Below, in pieces: positions 7,701 through 17,532 of a DNA stretch of 64,000 nucleotides (positions within the stretch are counted from its first letter, which is position 1; each line of letters opens with the position of its first letter). A program made the translations under genes and the position numbers. The stretch covers positions 1,154 to 65,153 of the forward strand of contig DASPKD010000056.1 in assembly GCA_035628275.1 (NCBI GenBank), in the 5' to 3' direction. The notes below the pieces were generated by a model, which saw only the letters and a program-made list of their open reading frames with translations, was not told the origin of the DNA and did not search any database. The stretch comes from Caulobacteraceae bacterium. Its GTDB lineage: Bacteria; Pseudomonadota; Alphaproteobacteria; Caulobacterales; Caulobacteraceae.

Positions 7701-9773
7701 ATGTCGGGATTTAAGACCTTGCTCGCGGCGGGCGCGTCCGCCTGCGTGTTCGCAGCCTCCGGGGCTGCCTTGGCCGACGAGGGCATGTGGCCGGTCGACG
7801 CGTTTCCCAGCGCGGCGGTGAAGGCCAAGTACGGCGTCAACGTCGACAAGGCGTTCCTGGACCGCATCCGCGGGGCGTCGGCCCGCATCCCCGGCTGCTC
7901 GGCCGGCGTGGTGTCCAAGGACGGCCTGATGCAGACCAACTACCACTGCGTCGAGAGCTGCGCGGGCAACCTGTCCACGCCTGAGAACGACTACTTCGTT
8001 AAGGGCTTCCTGACCTCGGCCCGCACCGAGGAGAAGCAGTGCCCCGGCATGTGGGCCGAGATCCTCCAGTCGATCGACGACGTGACCGCGCGGGTGAACG
8101 CCGCGGGCGCGGGCAAGACCGGCGCGCCCCTGGTGCAGGCGCTGTCGGTGGAGACCGCCGCGATCGAGAAGGAATCCTGCGCGAACCAGACCGGCTTCCG
8201 CTGCCAGGTGATAAGCTTCTACGGCGGCGGGCAGTACAAGCTGTACAAGTTCCGCCGTTACGACGACGTGCGCCTGGTGTTCGCGCCGGAGTTCAAGACC
8301 GGCTTCTTCGGCGGCGATCCGGACAACTTCAACTTTCCGCGCTTCAACCTCGATATCAGCTACATCCGCCTGTACGACGGCGGCAAGCCGGCCTCCACTC
8401 CGGTCCACTTCAAGTGGAACCCGGCGGCCCCGATGGCGGGAGAGCCGATCTTCGTGCCCGGCAACCCGGGCACCACGCAGCGGCAGCTGACGATGGCGCA
8501 GCTGAACTTCCTGCGTTCGACCTCGCTTCTGGCCGAGCACACCCAGCGCTCGGAGCTGCGGGGCAAATTCCTGCGGCTTGAGCAGGAGTCGCCCGACGCG
8601 GCGCGGCTTGTCTCCGACACGCTCATTGGCCTGGAGAACAGCTTCAAGGTCTACTTCGGTCGGCTGAAGGTGCTGCTGGACGACGCCTTCATGGGCAAGA
8701 AGGCCAAGGAAGAGGCCGACCTGCGCGCCCGCGTGGCGGCGAACGCCGAGCTGGCCCAGGCGGTGGGCGATCCCTGGGGCGAGATCGCGCGGGCCTACGA
8801 CGCCTACGGCGAGCTGTATCCCAGCTACTACTTCCTCGAAACCAACGCCGGCGGCGGCTCGACCCTGTTCGGCTACGCGCGGGCGCTGGTCCGCGCCGCG
8901 GCGGAGCGGGAGAAGCCGGTCGCCGAGCGACTGCCGGGCTATGACGACGCTTCGTTGCAGCGCCTGGCCGGGACCATGGCGGCGGCGACCAAGGTCGAGC
9001 CGGAGCTGGAGCGGGTCTATCTCGGCCATTGGCTGTCCAAGGCGCGCGAGTACCTGACCGCCGACGCTCCCGAGACCAAGCTGCTGCTCGGCCGCGACGC
9101 TCCCGAGGCCAAGGCGCGCGCGCTGGTCTCCGGCACCAAGCTGGCCGACCCGGCGGCGCGCAAGGCGCTGCTGGACGGCGGCATGGCGGCGGTCCAGGCC
9201 TCCGACGACCCGCTGATCAAGCTGGCGCTGGCGATCGACCCGGCCGCGCGCGGCGTGCGCCGGCAGGTCGAGCAGACGGTGACCGGCCCGGTCTCGGCCG
9301 CCCAGTCGCGCATCGCCCGGGCCCGCTTCGGCGCCTACGGCGACACCCTGTATCCGGACGCCACCTTCTCGCTGCGCATCACCTACGGCCAGGTCGCCGG
9401 GTGGACCGAGCGCGGCAAGGAGATTCCGCCGGTCACCACCCTGGGCGGTCTGTACCAGCGCGCCACCGGCCAGGCCCCCTACGACCTGCCGCAGAGCTGG
9501 TTCAAGGCCGAGAGCAAGGTGAACAAGGACACCGTCTTCAACTTCTCCGGCACCGGCGACATTATCGGCGGCGCCTCGGGCTCCCCGACGCTGAACGCCA
9601 AGGGCGAAGTGATCGGGGCGGTGTTCGACGGCAACATCTGGTCGCTCGGCGGCGCCTATGGCTACGACCCGGTGATGAACCGCTCGGTGCACGTGGCCGC
9701 CTCCGGCATCCAGGAAGCCCTGCTGAAGGTCTACGGCCGCGAAGCCCTGGTGAAGGAACTGAACGGGAAGTGA
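7701..9773 (+). CDS. S46-family serine peptidase (dipeptidyl-peptidase 7/11-like), copy 1
   Basis: ATG 7701 preceded by GGGGAAGAG. Signal peptide MSGFKTLLAAGASACVFAASGAALA followed by the DEGMW motif. His block QTNYHCV and Ser block IIGGASGSP. About 690 aa, as for S46 enzymes. Confidence 0.85.
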   Translation: MSGFKTLLAAGASACVFAASGAALADEGMWPVDAFPSAAVKAKYGVNVDKAFLDRIRGASARIPGCSAGVVSKDGLMQTNYHCVESCAGNLSTPENDYFVKGFLTSARTEEKQCPGMWAEILQSIDDVTARVNAAGAGKTGAPLVQALSVETAAIEKESCANQTGFRCQVISFYGGGQYKLYKFRRYDDVRLVFAPEFKTGFFGGDPDNFNFPRFNLDISYIRLYDGGKPASTPVHFKWNPAAPMAGEPIFVPGNPGTTQRQLTMAQLNFLRSTSLLAEHTQRSELRGKFLRLEQESPDAARLVSDTLIGLENSFKVYFGRLKVLLDDAFMGKKAKEEADLRARVAANAELAQAVGDPWGEIARAYDAYGELYPSYYFLETNAGGGSTLFGYARALVRAAAEREKPVAERLPGYDDASLQRLAGTMAAATKVEPELERVYLGHWLSKAREYLTADAPETKLLLGRDAPEAKARALVSGTKLADPAARKALLDGGMAAVQASDDPLIKLALAIDPAARGVRRQVEQTVTGPVSAAQSRIARARFGAYGDTLYPDATFSLRITYGQVAGWTERGKEIPPVTTLGGLYQRATGQAPYDLPQSWFKAESKVNKDTVFNFSGTGDIIGGASGSPTLNAKGEVIGAVFDGNIWSLGGAYGYDPVMNRSVHVAASGIQEALLKVYGREALVKELNGK

Positions 9774-9781
9774 GTTCAACT

Positions 9782-9963
9782 CCTCCCCTGTTCCGCGGTG
9801 CGGAACGGGGGAGGGGAACCGCCGAAGGCGGTGGAGGGGGCGCGCTCCGGGCGAACCGGCCCGGGTTCGCCCGCGATCAAGACTGTTAAGGACTTCGCGG
9901 CGGCACGCCCCCTCCACCGCTTCGCGGTCCCCCTCCTCCGCACGCTCCGCTACGGGGGAGGAG
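9782..9963. repeat. Complex GC-rich nested palindromic intergenic element (REP/MITE-like)
   Basis: Hairpin 9784-9796/9800-9812 with a 3-nt loop. Perfect 14-nt inverted repeat CGGTGGAGGGGGCG (9829-9842) / CGCCCCCTCCACCG (9906-9919). Inner hairpin GGGCGAACC (9849-9857) / GGTTCGCCC (9864-9872). Distal hairpin CTCCTCC (9933-9939) / GGAGGAG (9957-9963). Confidence 0.5.
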
Positions 9964-9979
9964 ATTGGACGAGGACCCC

Positions 9980-12025
9980 ATGACCCGCCACCGCCTGCTT
10001 TCCGCGACCGCCGCCCTCCTGCTCTCCCTGCCCGTCGCGGCGGGGGCTTCGGAGGGGATGTGGACGTTCGACCGCGTGCCGCTGGACAAGGTGAAGGCCG
10101 ACACCGGCGTCGCCGTCAACCGCGCCTGGTTGAACAAGGTGCGGGCGGGCGCGGTCAGGATCGGCGGCTGCTCGGCCTCGCTGGTTTCGCCCGAGGGGCT
10201 GGTGCTGACCAACCAGCATTGCGTCCGCTCCTGCGCCCAGACCTTCTCCACGCCCGAGAAGGACGTGGTGCGCGACGGCTTCTCCACCGCCTCGCGCGAG
10301 GAGGAGCGGGTCTGCCCCGGCCAGACGGCCGAAATCCTGCTGACCATCGACGACATGACCGCGCGGGTGAACGCGGCCACCGCCGGCCAGACCGGCCAGG
10401 CCTTCGTCAAGGCGCGGGACGCCGCGATCACCGGCATCGAGCGCGAGGTCTGCGGAACCGATCCCAAGCTGCGCTGCCAGGTCGTCACCCTGCACCGGGG
10501 CGGGGAGTACAAGCTCTACAAGTACCGCAAGTATTCCGACGTGCGGCTGGTGTTCACGCCCGAGCACCAGGCGGTGGTGTTCGGGGGCGACCCGGACAAC
10601 TTCAACTTCCCCCGCTACGCGCTGGATGCAGCCTTCCTGCGCGTCTACGAGGACGGCAAGCCCGCCGCCACCCCGCAGCACCTGAAGTGGACCCCGCGCG
10701 CGCCCAAGCCCGGCGAACCGGTGTTCGTGGCCGGCAACCCGGGTTCGACCGCGCGCCTGCGCACCGTCGCCCAGCTCGAAACCGAGCGCGACTACGCCCT
10801 GCCGGCGACCATCAAGCGGCTGTCGGAGCTGCGCGGCCGGCTGCTGCGCTTCGCCGACGAGAGCGAGGACCATCGCCGCATGACCCGCGACGCGATCCGC
10901 GGGACCGAGAACAACCTGAAGCGCACCTGGGGCATGCACCAGACCCTCGCCGACCGCGCCTTCCTGGACGCCAAGCGCGCGGCCGAGGCCGACTTCCGCG
11001 CCCGCGGGGCGGCCGAGGGCGATCCCTGGGGCGAGATCGCCGCGGTGCAGGACGACGCGGCGGCGCTGGCCCCCGCCTACGACTGGCTGGAAGGCCAGGC
11101 GGGGCAGGGCTCGGTGCTGTACGGCTACGCCCGCAGCCTGGTCCGCGCCGCGCTGGAGCGCGAGAAGGCCAGCGCCGAGCGGCTGCCGGAGTACGCGGAC
11201 TCCCGCCTGGCCAACCTGCAGAAGTCGGTGCTCGATCCCCGCCGTATCGAGCCGGAGCTGGAGCAGCTGTATCTGGGCTTCTGGCTGTCGAAGCTGCGCG
11301 AGGGGCTGGGAACCGACGCGCCGCAGACCAAGCTGGTGCTCGGGCGCGAGTCGCCGGAGGGGATCGCCGCGCGGCTGGTCGCCGAGACCAAGCTGGCCGA
11401 TCCCGCCGTGCGCAAGGCGCTGTGGGAGGGCGGCCTGGCGGCGGTGCGGGCGTCCGACGACCCGATGATCCGCTTCGTGCTGAACGCCGACCCGGCCGCT
11501 CGCGCCGCCCGCTCGGCCTGGGAAGCGCGGGTTTCCGGCCCCACCGACCGGGCCGCCGAGCGCCTGGCGCTGGCCCGCTTCAAAGCCTACGGGAACGAGG
11601 TCTATCCCGACGCCACCGGCACCTTGCGGCTCTCCTGGGGCCGGATCGAGGGGTGGATGGAGGGCGACCGCGAGGTCCCGCCGGTCACCACCGTGGCCGG
11701 CCTGTGGGAACGCGCCACGGGCGCCGCGCCGTTCGACGTGTCGCCCAAGCTGGCGGCGGCGAAGGACCGGCTGAATCCGGCGACGATCTACACCGTGTCG
11801 ACCAGCAACGACATTATCGGCGGCAACTCCGGCTCGCCGCTACTGGACGCCAAGGGGAACGTGATCGGGGCGGTGTTCGACGGCAACCTGCACTCCAACG
11901 GCGGCGCCTACGGCTACGACCCGCGCCTGAACCGCGCGGTGGCGGTTTCGGCGGCCATGTTCCAGGAGGCCATGCTGAAGGTTTACGGCCAGGACCGGCT
12001 GGTGAAGGAACTGAACGGGAAGTGA
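9980..12025 (+). CDS. S46-family serine peptidase (dipeptidyl-peptidase 7/11-like), copy 2
   Basis: ATG 9980 preceded by GAGGA. Signal peptide MTRHRLLSATAALLLSLPVAAGA followed by SEGMW. His block LTNQHCV and Ser block IIGGNSGSP. Alignable with copy 1 over the whole length. Confidence 0.85.
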   Translation: MTRHRLLSATAALLLSLPVAAGASEGMWTFDRVPLDKVKADTGVAVNRAWLNKVRAGAVRIGGCSASLVSPEGLVLTNQHCVRSCAQTFSTPEKDVVRDGFSTASREEERVCPGQTAEILLTIDDMTARVNAATAGQTGQAFVKARDAAITGIEREVCGTDPKLRCQVVTLHRGGEYKLYKYRKYSDVRLVFTPEHQAVVFGGDPDNFNFPRYALDAAFLRVYEDGKPAATPQHLKWTPRAPKPGEPVFVAGNPGSTARLRTVAQLETERDYALPATIKRLSELRGRLLRFADESEDHRRMTRDAIRGTENNLKRTWGMHQTLADRAFLDAKRAAEADFRARGAAEGDPWGEIAAVQDDAAALAPAYDWLEGQAGQGSVLYGYARSLVRAALEREKASAERLPEYADSRLANLQKSVLDPRRIEPELEQLYLGFWLSKLREGLGTDAPQTKLVLGRESPEGIAARLVAETKLADPAVRKALWEGGLAAVRASDDPMIRFVLNADPAARAARSAWEARVSGPTDRAAERLALARFKAYGNEVYPDATGTLRLSWGRIEGWMEGDREVPPVTTVAGLWERATGAAPFDVSPKLAAAKDRLNPATIYTVSTSNDIIGGNSGSPLLDAKGNVIGAVFDGNLHSNGGAYGYDPRLNRAVAVSAAMFQEAMLKVYGQDRLVKELNGK

Positions 12026-12048
12026 CGCTTCCGCACGAGGCGGGAGGA

Positions 12049-12699
12049 TCAGTCCTCCGCCTCGTGCGGGATGGCGCGCCGGGCCGTGCGAAAGTAGTCG
12101 AGGCCGGTCCACAGGGTCAGGATCGCCGCCAGCCAGACCAGGCCGAAAGCGAAGGTGGACACCGGCCCGTAGACCTCCGGGCTCATCTCGATCGGCAGAC
12201 CGGGCCAGGCGGCGACGAACAGCACCACGCCGTAGGCGACCAGCTGCACGGTGGTCTTCCACTTCGCCAGGGTGGTGACCGGGAAGGACACGCCGCGCTT
12301 GGCCCCCGCCTCGCGCAGGGCCGACACCGCGAACTCGCGGAACAGGATCAGGGCCGAGGGCACGGCGATGGTGGCGACATAGGGCTGGGCCCCCTGCGCC
12401 AGCAGCCCCAGGATCGTGCCGCAGATCAGGATCTTGTCGGCGATCGGGTCCAGCACCGCGCCCCACTGGGTCTCGGAATTCAGCTTGCGGGCCAGCATGC
12501 CGTCGAAGAAGTCGGTCATGGCGGCGACCACGAACAGCACCAGCGCCGCCGACAGCAGCCGGAACTGCCCCTCCCCGTCCAGCCCCGCGCCGATGAACGG
12601 AATGCCCCCGGCCGCCCCCGCCAGGCAGCCGAACATCAGCAGGCCGATCACCAGACGCGACGATGTCAGGATGTTGGGCAGGGGGTTGGCCTTGTGCAT
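12049..12699 (-). CDS. pgsA: CDP-diacylglycerol--glycerol-3-phosphate 3-phosphatidyltransferase
   Basis: CDP-alcohol phosphatidyltransferase motif DFFDGMLARKLNSETQWGAVLDPIADK. N-terminal PNILTSSRL. Multi-TM, about 215 aa. Confidence 0.85.
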   Translation of the reverse strand: MHKANPLPNILTSSRLVIGLLMFGCLAGAAGGIPFIGAGLDGEGQFRLLSAALVLFVVAAMTDFFDGMLARKLNSETQWGAVLDPIADKILICGTILGLLAQGAQPYVATIAVPSALILFREFAVSALREAGAKRGVSFPVTTLAKWKTTVQLVAYGVVLFVAAWPGLPIEMSPEVYGPVSTFAFGLVWLAAILTLWTGLDYFRTARRAIPHEAED

Positions 12700-12764
12700 C
12701 GGGGTCTCGCCTCGCTTGAGTCGTCTCTATCCTAGCCGCGAAAGGTGGCAGGAGAAGCGCCGCT

Positions 12765-13217
12765 TCAGCTCCGCGCCTCCAACACGTCCGCGAGCAGGGG
12801 GTGGAGTTCGTCCTTGAACGGATTTGCGACGGTGACGCCTCTCCAGACGAAGCCGTCTTGCAGGTCCTCGGAAAGCAGAAGGTCGCACCCGGTCTCGGCG
12901 GCGACGGCGAGAATGACGGCGTCCCAAATCTGTAAGCGGCGTTCGGCTGCTAAATCGAAAGCCGTGAAGAGCGCCTGCGAACTGGTTCCGACCACTTCAC
13001 ATAATCCGGCCCAAGCCAGCACCCGTGCACGTGCCTCCGGCTGGGTCAGCCTGCGCTTGCGCACCAGAACGTTGAAAGTTTCGCCGAGAACCTGCGCGGG
13101 GACCACGAGTTGGGCGCGGCGAGCCCTATCCAGCAGACGGTTGGCTGCATCCTGCTTTGCGGGGGTGTCCACGCCTTCGGCGTAGACGAGCACGTTCGAG
13201 TCGAGGGCGATCTTCAA
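12765..13217 (-). CDS. vapC: PIN-domain ribonuclease toxin, VapC type
   Basis: MKIALDSNVLVY (first acidic residue of the PIN fold) and later acidic positions (VLGET, IWDAVI, LLSEDLQDG). 150 aa. Start overlaps the stop of the upstream antitoxin gene by 4 nt. GC content looks lower than the flanks. Confidence 0.85.
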   Translation of the reverse strand: MKIALDSNVLVYAEGVDTPAKQDAANRLLDRARRAQLVVPAQVLGETFNVLVRKRRLTQPEARARVLAWAGLCEVVGTSSQALFTAFDLAAERRLQIWDAVILAVAAETGCDLLLSEDLQDGFVWRGVTVANPFKDELHPLLADVLEARS

Positions 13218-13483
13218 TCGTAGGCCTCGTCCCGATTGAATTTGCCGAGGTTCATCGCCGGACGAGCCATCAGTTCGGCCAGAAAGGCGCTCCAGGCTTC
13301 CTCACGCCGGGCTTGCTCGGCCTCATCATCAGACTTCAGAGGCTCGATGCGAGCCACAGGCTTGCCCCGCGAGGTGACGACGTAGCTCTCCCCCTCGCGG
13401 ACATGACGCAGCACCTCTGAAAAGCGGCGGTTCGCGTCAGCGGCTGAGATGGTTTGCGGAGCACGGCTGGAGTTTGTAGGCAT
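13214..13483 (-). CDS. Type II antitoxin, Phd/YefM-like
   Basis: 89 aa. N-terminal TISAADANRRFSEVLRHVREGESYVVTSRGKPVARIEPL matches the Phd/YefM antitoxin fold pattern. Translationally coupled to the PIN gene. Confidence 0.75.
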   Translation of the reverse strand: MPTNSSRAPQTISAADANRRFSEVLRHVREGESYVVTSRGKPVARIEPLKSDDEAEQARREEAWSAFLAELMARPAMNLGKFNRDEAYD

Positions 13484-13532
13484 CTCACTACCTTAACATG
13501 ATCGGCGCGCTTTCGCCACTCCCGCCGACCTC

Positions 13533-15422
13533 CTATCCCCGCCCCGCCGGGCGGAAGTGGTCGTAGATGCGCTGGGCCAGGGCCTCGTTGACGCCCTCGA
13601 CCTTGGCGAGGTCGGCGACGGAGGCGCGGCCGACGCCCTTGGCGGAGCCGAAGGCGTGCAGCAGGGCCTTCTTGCGGCGGGGGCCGACGCCCTCGATGTC
13701 GTCGAGCGGATTGCGCTTCACGTCCATGGCGCGGCGGGTGCGGTGGCTGCCGATGGCGAAGCGGTGCGCCTCGTCGCGGACCCGCTGGAGGTAGTAGAGC
13801 ACGGGGCTGCGGGGCTCGAGCATGAACGGCGGCTGGCCGGGGCGGAAGAACCGCTCCAGCCCCGCGTCGCGGTCCGGCCCCTTGGCGACGCCGACCACCG
13901 GGATGTCGTCCACCCCCAGCTCCTGCATCACCTCCACCACGGCCGCCAGCTGCCCCGCGCCGCCGTCGATCAGCACAAGGTCGGGCCGCGGCGGGTCCTC
14001 GCCGGCCTCCTCCTCCTTGACCAGCCGGGCGAAGCGGCGGCCCAGCACCTCGCGCATCATGCCGTAGTCGTCGCCGGGCGCGAGCTCGTCGGAGCGGATG
14101 TTGAACTTGCGGTACTGGTTCTTCTGGAACCCCTCCGGCCCGGCCACGATCATGGCGCCGACCGCGTTGGTCCCCATCACGTGGGAGTTGTCGTAGACCT
14201 CGATCCGCTCGGGCGGCCCCTCCAGGCCGAAGGTCTCGCACAGCTCGTTCAGGATGCGCCCCTGGGCCGAGGTCTCGGCCAGCTTGCGGCCCAGCGCCTC
14301 GCGCGCGTTGGTCAGGGCCTGAACCACCAGCTCGCGCTTCTCGCCACGCGACGGGGTGGCGATCTCGACCTTGCGGTTCACCTTCAGCGCCAGGGCGTCG
14401 GCCAGCAGCACCCGCTCGGCCGGCTCGTGGCTGGTCAGGATCAGCCGCGGCACCGGCTTGTTCTCGTAGAACTGGCCCATGAACGACGACAGGATCTCGG
14501 GCTCGGCGTCGCTCTTGTCGATGCGCGGGAAGTAGGCCCAGTTGCCCCAGTTCTGGCCGGCGCGGAAGAAGAACACCTGGACGCAGGCGTGGCCGCCCTC
14601 GACGTGCAGGGCGAACACGTCGGCCTCCTGCACCGTCTCGGGATTGATCGACTGCTCCATCGAGATCGCCGACAGGGCGCGGATGCGGTCCCGCAGCTTC
14701 GCGGCCCGCTCGAAGTCGAGGTCGTCGGAGGCCGCCTGCATCTCCGACGACAGCCGCTCCATCACCGACCGGCTGCGTCCGCGCAGGAAGGCGCCCGCCT
14801 CCTCGACCAGCTCCATGTACTCGGGCGGCGAGATCAGGTTCACGCACGGCGCCGAGCAGCGCTTGATCTGGTGCAGCATGCACGGCCGCGTGCGGCTCTC
14901 GAACACGCTGTCGGAGCAGGAGCGCAGCAGGAACGCCTTCTGCAGGGTGTTCAGCGTCCGGTTCACCGCCCAGGTGGAGGCGAACGGGCCGAAGTAGTCG
15001 CCCTTGATCGTGTGCGCGCCGCGGTGCTTGCGAACCTGCGGGGCGGGATGGTCGCGCCGGATCATCAGCTCTGCGAAGCTCTTGTCGTCGCGCAGCACGA
15101 CGTTGAACTTGGGCTTCAGCCGCTTGATCAGGTTGGATTCCAGCAGCAGCGCCTCGGTCTCGGTCGAGGTGGTGACCAGCTCCATCGCGCGGGTCAGCGA
15201 GACCATGTGGGCGATGCGCTGGGTGTGGGCGCGCCCTTGGGCGTATTGGCCGATGCGCTTCCGCAGGTTGCGCGCCTTGCCGACGTAGAGCACCTCCGCC
15301 CCTTCGCCCAGCATCCTGTAGACGCCCGCGCAGTCGGGCGCGCGGCGGGCCACGTCGCGGATCAGCTCCGCGCCGCTCATGCCGGGAGGGGAGGAGACGG
15401 AGTCGTCCATGGGCGCGATCAT
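13533..15422 (-). CDS. uvrC: Excinuclease ABC subunit C
   Basis: GIY-YIG block [31 protein letters not shown]/UvrBC domains and a C-terminal helix-hairpin-helix ([18 protein letters not shown]...[16 protein letters not shown]). Start chosen at ATG 15422; ATG 15410 or 15380 are possible, and the upstream part of the track ORF is Arg/Pro/Ser-rich. Confidence 0.9.
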   Translation of the reverse strand: MIAPMDDSVSSPPGMSGAELIRDVARRAPDCAGVYRMLGEGAEVLYVGKARNLRKRIGQYAQGRAHTQRIAHMVSLTRAMELVTTSTETEALLLESNLIKRLKPKFNVVLRDDKSFAELMIRRDHPAPQVRKHRGAHTIKGDYFGPFASTWAVNRTLNTLQKAFLLRSCSDSVFESRTRPCMLHQIKRCSAPCVNLISPPEYMELVEEAGAFLRGRSRSVMERLSSEMQAASDDLDFERAAKLRDRIRALSAISMEQSINPETVQEADVFALHVEGGHACVQVFFFRAGQNWGNWAYFPRIDKSDAEPEILSSFMGQFYENKPVPRLILTSHEPAERVLLADALALKVNRKVEIATPSRGEKRELVVQALTNAREALGRKLAETSAQGRILNELCETFGLEGPPERIEVYDNSHVMGTNAVGAMIVAGPEGFQKNQYRKFNIRSDELAPGDDYGMMREVLGRRFARLVKEEEAGEDPPRPDLVLIDGGAGQLAAVVEVMQELGVDDIPVVGVAKGPDRDAGLERFFRPGQPPFMLEPRSPVLYYLQRVRDEAHRFAIGSHRTRRAMDVKRNPLDDIEGVGPRRKKALLHAFGSAKGVGRASVADLAKVEGVNEALAQRIYDHFRPAGRG

Positions 15423-15530
15423 ATAGGCGCCCGCGCTCGACGGGGGAGGGCGGCGACGCAAGTGGCGGTCGCCGCCGCTTGACCGCAATCGCGCGCTAGC
15501 TTGCACTGCGACGACCCGCTGGAGCCCTCC

Positions 15531-17501
15531 GTGCCGACGACAGGTTCATACGCGCTGCTGGTCGCCGCCTTTCTGCGGGCGGCGGCCGTTCCCGCCCTGG
15601 CGTCGGACGAGACTCCGTCGGCGGTTGCGTCGTCTCAGGCCGCATCCGTCGAGCAGCGGGTGCGCGGGACGGTGCGGAGCGCCTGGCATCTGAAGGACAC
15701 CGATCGTTCCGCAGCCGTGGCGGCGCTGCACGCGGCCGTGGCCGCCGCCGAGCGGGAAGGCGGGGCGGGCGCGCCCGAGGCCGCGGCCTATCTGGTGCTG
15801 CTGGCCGAACTCCGGCACGGGACCGACGAGGGAAAGGCCGCCGCCGCGCGCGCCGCGACCGTCGCCCGTTCGCGGCTCGAGGAGGCTACGCCGCTGGTGG
15901 TCGTGGCGGGCCAGGCTCTGGTCACGGCGGACGGGGTCAAGGACCGCGTCGCGGTGATGAACGTGCTGCGGGCGGGCTACCAGCTGTTGACCGAGACCGG
16001 CGACGTGCCCCGGTTCGTGGATCACGCCGCCCTGCTCGGCGACTTCATGCTCGAATGGGCGCGCGACTGGCGGGCGGACCGGCTGTTCGGGGGCGCCAAG
16101 GCCATGCCGGCCGAACAGACGGAGCGCATCCGCAAGGGCCTGCTGACCGACGCGGAGACCTACGCCCGCGCGGCCCTGGAGGTCTCTATCGAAACCCGCG
16201 GCGCTGCCGACGCCGCCGTCGGCGCTCACCGGTTGCGGCTGGCGCGGGTGTTGCTGGCTCTGGATCGTCCGCGCGAGGCGGAGGCGGAGCTGCGCCTGCT
16301 GGTCGATCTCAGGAAGACCGGCGGCGACGTCGCCGGACAGCTCGCCGCGCTGGATTGGCTGGCGGAGGCGGTCCGGGCGGACGGGCGGCAGGACGAGGTG
16401 GTGGAGCTGCGTCGCCAGGCGCTGGCCCTGGCCGCGGCGCACGGCGGCCCGGTCGGCGAGGGGGCGCTGAAAGCCCGCACCGGCCTCGCCTACGCCCTGG
16501 AGGCCGCCGAACGTCTGGACGAGGCCGAACAGGCGCTCGCGGCCGTGGTCGCGGCGACCAAGGACGCGCGCCGCCACGACGCCCTGGCCAATCTGGCCGA
16601 GTTCTACGGCCGCGACGGCCGCCCGGAGCAGGCCGAGCCGATCTGGCGCGAGGCGCTGCGGCTGGCGCCGGCGAACGTCCGGGAGAGCACGCTGCTGCAG
16701 CTGGTCGACACCCTGGTCGACCTCGGCCGGTACGACGAGGCGGAGGCGCTTCTCCGACCCGAGATGCGCCGCGAAAAGGTCTGGAGCGGGACGTTCGCGA
16801 TCCAGGCCGTGCAATTGACCGAAGCTTGGGGCGACCTGCTTTACCGGCAGGGACGCTATGCCGAGGCCGAGGCCGCCCTCGCCTGGGGGCTGGACCAGGT
16901 GAAGCTCTTGCCGGCCGAGTACGTCGGCAACATGCGCACCGCGCGGGCGGGGGCGCTGCTTCGGCTGGGGCGCGAGGACGACGCGCTCGAGCTGCTGAAG
17001 GCCGATCTCGCCGCGATGGAGCGGGCCGGGGCGCGGCGCGACGCCGCCACCGCGCGACTGAACCTGGCGAGCGTTCACCAGAAGGCCGGACGCCTGGCGG
17101 AAGCCGAGGCGCTCACCGCGACGGCGCTGGCCGACCGGATCGCCATGCTTGGACCCGACCACCCGGACACGGTTTCAGCCCTGTCGGCCCGCGCGGGCGT
17201 GCTGGCGAAACTCGGGCGCGACGCGGAGGCCGAGGCGCTGTACCGCCAGATGCGCCAGACCCTGGACCGCCGCGTCCGGGCCGCCGACGACACCGCGGCG
17301 CTCCACACCAACTACGGACTGTTCCTGCTGGAGCGCGAGCGTCCGGGCGAGGCCCTGCCCCTGCTCCGCGGCGCCTCCGCCGACGTGCGGCGTGCGCTGA
17401 ACCGCCGCCAGCGGGACCTGGAAACCTCCGGCCATCGCCGGGCGGCCTTCAGCAACCACGTTCGGGTCGCCTGGGCCGCGGCGCATTCTCCGAAGCCTTG
17501 A
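15531..17501 (+). CDS. Secreted tetratricopeptide-repeat (TPR) protein
   Basis: GTG 15531 preceded by GGAG gives the signal-like [24 protein letters not shown]. The body is made of Ala/Leu/Arg-rich helical repeats with recurring (Y/L)AEAEA motifs ([38 protein letters not shown]), typical of TPR_10/TPR_12. No enzymatic domain recognised. Confidence 0.65.
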   Translation: MPTTGSYALLVAAFLRAAAVPALASDETPSAVASSQAASVEQRVRGTVRSAWHLKDTDRSAAVAALHAAVAAAEREGGAGAPEAAAYLVLLAELRHGTDEGKAAAARAATVARSRLEEATPLVVVAGQALVTADGVKDRVAVMNVLRAGYQLLTETGDVPRFVDHAALLGDFMLEWARDWRADRLFGGAKAMPAEQTERIRKGLLTDAETYARAALEVSIETRGAADAAVGAHRLRLARVLLALDRPREAEAELRLLVDLRKTGGDVAGQLAALDWLAEAVRADGRQDEVVELRRQALALAAAHGGPVGEGALKARTGLAYALEAAERLDEAEQALAAVVAATKDARRHDALANLAEFYGRDGRPEQAEPIWREALRLAPANVRESTLLQLVDTLVDLGRYDEAEALLRPEMRREKVWSGTFAIQAVQLTEAWGDLLYRQGRYAEAEAALAWGLDQVKLLPAEYVGNMRTARAGALLRLGREDDALELLKADLAAMERAGARRDAATARLNLASVHQKAGRLAEAEALTATALADRIAMLGPDHPDTVSALSARAGVLAKLGRDAEAEALYRQMRQTLDRRVRAADDTAALHTNYGLFLLERERPGEALPLLRGASADVRRALNRRQRDLETSGHRRAAFSNHVRVAWAAAHSPKP

Positions 17502-17532
17502 CCCGGGCGCGCCGGGCCGCGATCCAGCGCCC

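Noticed and set aside
7581-9917. 778-aa ORF on the minus strand covering the whole first S46 gene
   Set aside because: It is antisense to a gene with clear motifs. Its translation is Arg/Gly/Ala/Pro-rich with no recognisable domain. This is a typical long open frame generated by about 70% GC.
10060-12735. 891-aa + strand ORF spanning the second S46 gene and running antisense through pgsA
   Set aside because: It is an alternate frame of a well-supported gene with low-complexity Arg/Gly/Pro translation. It crosses a real stop and a convergent gene.
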